Source: Candidatus Latescibacterota bacterium | GTDB lineage: Bacteria; Latescibacterota; UBA2968; GCA-2709665 | Assembly (NCBI GenBank): GCA_965222075.1 | Contig: OZ244937.1 | Location: 1,088,001-1,152,000, forward strand | DNA: 64,000 bases | Reading direction: 5' to 3' | In this document: piece after piece, positions 61,168 through 64,000 of the stretch | Numbering within the stretch: position 1 is the stretch's first letter | How the letters are laid out: each line of letters opens with the position of its first letter | The notes under the pieces: generated by a model | Database searches by the model: none | What the model was told of the DNA's origin: nothing | What the model saw: only the letters and a program-made list of their open reading frames with translations | Translations under genes and position numbers: made by a program

Positions 61168-64000
61168 ATGACTTTGATTGACACAAAAAACGACCAGGTC
61201 CATCCGGGAGCCTATGTCAGGCAACACGTCATCCCAAAGGGTACGACGGTTACAAAGGCCGCCGCGATCCTGGGTGTCGGGCGACCCGCGCTTTCCAATT
61301 TCCTCAACGGCAAGGCGGCACTATCGCCGGAGATGGCGCTGCGGCTTGAGCGCGCCTTCGGGGCGGACCGTAAAACGCTTCTCGACCTCCAGATCCGATT
61401 CTCCCGCAGCGAGGAGGCCATGCATGGACAGCCCGTGCCTGCCGGAGCTTATGCGCCGGCGCTGATTTCGATCAGGACACGCGACATACAGCGCTGGGCA
61501 CAGGACAACATTCATGCCCGCCAGGAACTGGCGGCGCTGTTGCGCAGGCTGATTCATTCGACCGGGTGCAACCTCACCCGCGTCGATTTCCCCGCCTATG
61601 ACAATGCCGAGCGGAGGGGATGGGACGGCGTCATCAAGACGTCGGCACCCACACCGTGGATACCGGACGGAACGTCCGGCTGGGAAGTCAGCTGCAGAGA
61701 GGATGCCTGGAGGAAAGCCGAGAGCGACTACGCGGCCCGCCTGAAATCCGTCCCACCAACGGAAAGGAACGCCACCACATTCGTTTTTGTTACGGCGCGC
61801 AGTTGGAAGAAGAAACAAGACTGGGCGAACGAGAAGGCCGCCCTTGACCAATGGAAGGAAGTCCGGGCCTACGACGCGAGCGACCTGGAACAATGGCTTG
61901 AGCAATCGGCTCCGGCTCAAATCTGGTTCGCCGAACGGCTCGGACAGCCGGTTGAGGATTATCGGTCGATCGAAAAATGCTGGTTGACCTGGGCCGAGGC
62001 CTGCGACCCACCGCTGTCGCCTGCACTCTTCGCTCCGTCGGTGGAACGGTTTGCCGAAAAATTTGGGGACTGGCTGAACGAGGAACCCGATCGCCCGTTC
62101 ATCGTCGCCGCCGACTCGCGGGAGGAAGCGCTCGTCTTCCTGCGTTGTCTTGCCCGGTCCTCAAAGACCGGCATCCCCGGTCTCGACGACCGTATGATCG
62201 TGTTCGACACGTCCGCAGCCTTGCGGCGGTTCGACGCCGGGACCCGTGTCCCGCTCGTCGCCGTGATCCACGACCCGGAGGTCGAAAAGGAGATCGGAGG
62301 CTTCCATCGCTGCTGTCACTGCGTGATCACCCGGCCCCGCAACAGCGTGACCACCGAACCCGATATCGCCCTCGATCTTCTGGGCCACCTGGATTTCCGC
62401 AAGGCTCTTGATGACATGGGGCTTTCCTACGACGACATCCAAAGACTCGCACGGGAATCAGCGCGCTCGCCGACGATCCTGCGGCGCTGTCTTGCCACAA
62501 TTCCGGCCGTCCGGACCCCATCCTGGGCAGGCGATGCCAGGATCGCCCGGAAGCTGCTGCCGGCGGCGATGGTTGGCGCCTGGCACAATACCTCGCCGGC
62601 TGACCTCGGAGTTATTGGTCATTTCGCTGTTTCGGACGACGATACGATAGATTACAACGTCACGGAGATGCTCAATCTTGAGGATCCACCGCTCTGGTCG
62701 GCGGGAGAATATCGGGGCGTCGCCTCACGGATCGACGCTCTGTTCGGGATCGCCCTGTTCATCACCAGGAAGGACCTCGACATTTTCTTTGAGGTTGCCG
62801 AAAAGGTGCTGTCGGAGAAAGCCCTCGCCATTGACTTGCCCCCAGGCCAAAGATGGCAGGCAAGTTTACCCGGAAAGGTGCGGAATCATTCGGACGTGCT
62901 GCGCCGAGGCATTCGCGAGACACTGGTTATCCTGGCCGTCCACGGGAACCGGCTGTTTCACCAGCGTCTGGGCTTCAACGTCGAAGCCCGCGTTGCCGCC
63001 CTTGTCAACAAGCTGCTGAGCCCACTTGATCGGGAGAAGATTCTGTTCTACGGCGAGGATCTTCCGGATTATGCGGAAGCGGCCCCGGAGGAAGTTCTGT
63101 CATTGCTTGAGAAGGACCTTCGGAAACCCGAACCCGTCATTCGGGAACTCATGCGACCGGCGGGAAATAGCTTTTTCAGCCCTCCCCTTCGGACCCCCTT
63201 GTTGTGGGCGCTGGAAGGTCTTGCGTGGAAACCCCAGCGCTTTCCACGCGTGGTGGAACTTCTGGCAAAGCTTTGCGCGACGCACAAAAACGAAGCTCAC
63301 GACAACTGGGCACCCAGGCCCGAGGACACGCTTGGGTCTCTTTTCCGATCCTGGTTGCCCCAGACCGCCGCCTCGCTTGATGAGAGAGTGAAGGCGTTAG
63401 AGGGACTCTGGCGCCGTCATCCGATGCTGGGATGGTCTGTATGTATTGACCAATTGGCATGGCGACGCTCCGTCGCCATGCCGAACCACCGTCCGCACTG
63501 GCGTGACGATGCGGCGAACACAATCGCTGAGGTGCCCCAGGCCGAGTGGTTCATCCGAAAGGCCAGAGATCTTGTCCTGACCTGGCCGGGGCACGACGAA
63601 AAAACTCTGGGGGCCCTCGTCGAACGGCTTGAACAGTTTCGCGAAGCGGAACAGCTTAAGATATGGAATCTTATCGGTCAGTGGGCCGACTCGACGGCGT
63701 CAGATGAGGCCAAAGCGATTCTGCGCCAACGCATCCATGGATGTGCGCACGAGCGCCACCGCCTGGGAGATTCAATTGCACATCCGGAACAAGAACGGGC
63801 GGCCTCGAAAAAGTTGTTGCCGAAAGACAAGGCCACCCGCCAGCTTTTCGCTTCGCCTTGGGTCGAATTGCCGCCCGACGGTTCCGAAGACGAGGCGTTT
63901 GACTACGAAACGAACGAACAACGGCTTCACGAACTGCGCATGGAGGCGTTGCGCGAGATCTGGGAGGCGCGTGGTTTCGAAGGCGTGAGCATTTTACTTG
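61168..64000 (+). CDS. Large multidomain protein: HigA-like HTH, nuclease-like domain, degenerate NTPase-like region, helical C-terminus (3'-truncated; absent from ORF track)
   Basis: At least 944 codons with no stop; HPGAYVR...ALSPEMALRLERAFG (HigA/VapI), DFP...GWDG...WEVS...KAESDY, IVAADSREEAL, AEAAPE, LLWALEGLAW. Confidence 0.8.
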   Translation, partial: MTLIDTKNDQVHPGAYVRQHVIPKGTTVTKAAAILGVGRPALSNFLNGKAALSPEMALRLERAFGADRKTLLDLQIRFSRSEEAMHGQPVPAGAYAPALISIRTRDIQRWAQDNIHARQELAALLRRLIHSTGCNLTRVDFPAYDNAERRGWDGVIKTSAPTPWIPDGTSGWEVSCREDAWRKAESDYAARLKSVPPTERNATTFVFVTARSWKKKQDWANEKAALDQWKEVRAYDASDLEQWLEQSAPAQIWFAERLGQPVEDYRSIEKCWLTWAEACDPPLSPALFAPSVERFAEKFGDWLNEEPDRPFIVAADSREEALVFLRCLARSSKTGIPGLDDRMIVFDTSAALRRFDAGTRVPLVAVIHDPEVEKEIGGFHRCCHCVITRPRNSVTTEPDIALDLLGHLDFRKALDDMGLSYDDIQRLARESARSPTILRRCLATIPAVRTPSWAGDARIARKLLPAAMVGAWHNTSPADLGVIGHFAVSDDDTIDYNVTEMLNLEDPPLWSAGEYRGVASRIDALFGIALFITRKDLDIFFEVAEKVLSEKALAIDLPPGQRWQASLPGKVRNHSDVLRRGIRETLVILAVHGNRLFHQRLGFNVEARVAALVNKLLSPLDREKILFYGEDLPDYAEAAPEEVLSLLEKDLRKPEPVIRELMRPAGNSFFSPPLRTPLLWALEGLAWKPQRFPRVVELLAKLCATHKNEAHDNWAPRPEDTLGSLFRSWLPQTAASLDERVKALEGLWRRHPMLGWSVCIDQLAWRRSVAMPNHRPHWRDDAANTIAEVPQAEWFIRKARDLVLTWPGHDEKTLGALVERLEQFREAEQLKIWNLIGQWADSTASDEAKAILRQRIHGCAHERHRLGDSIAHPEQERAASKKLLPKDKATRQLFASPWVELPPDGSEDEAFDYETNEQRLHELRMEALREIWEARGFEGVSILL

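Noticed and set aside
61178-63988. The many short ORFs listed between 61.2 and 64 kb
   Set aside because: They are alternative frames of one long plus-strand ORF starting at 61168.
51440-64000. Prophage or integron
   Set aside because: No structural phage genes, no intact integrase and no recurring attC-like sites seen.

Overview
Bacterial chromosome window with high-GC coding DNA; gene content suggests an FCB-group lineage such as Latescibacterota (inference only). 1-9.7 kb: GldF/GldG-like ABC accessory genes, a DUF4340 gene and a batA-E (VWA/TPR) operon. 9.8-16.1 kb: plant-type threonine synthase and cystathionine gamma-synthase separated by a structured leader, then a DUF4013 gene, a PAS histidine kinase and a sugar isomerase. 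16.3-46.6 kb: contiguous tRNA-Tyr/Gly/Thr/Trp, rpmG-secE-nusG-rplKAJL-rpoBC, str, S10, spc and alpha clusters. rpoC and batC each carry a 1-nt homopolymer deletion, probably assembly errors. RpoB and S12 carry unusual residues at antibiotic-target sites. 46.6-51.0 kb: GHL10 hydrolase, rlmD, greA and a DapA-family gene. From 51.0 kb: a REP-like tandem array with nested 27-30 nt insertions, then a defence-island-like patchwork: FRG-TPR gene split by a MITE, AbiV-like gene, wHTH + cyclase-like + single-chain R-M operon, IS remnants, a membrane gene with an internal strong RBS, a broken addiction module, and a large HigA-HTH/nuclease-like ORF running off the window end. All family calls come from motif recognition; no searches were run.
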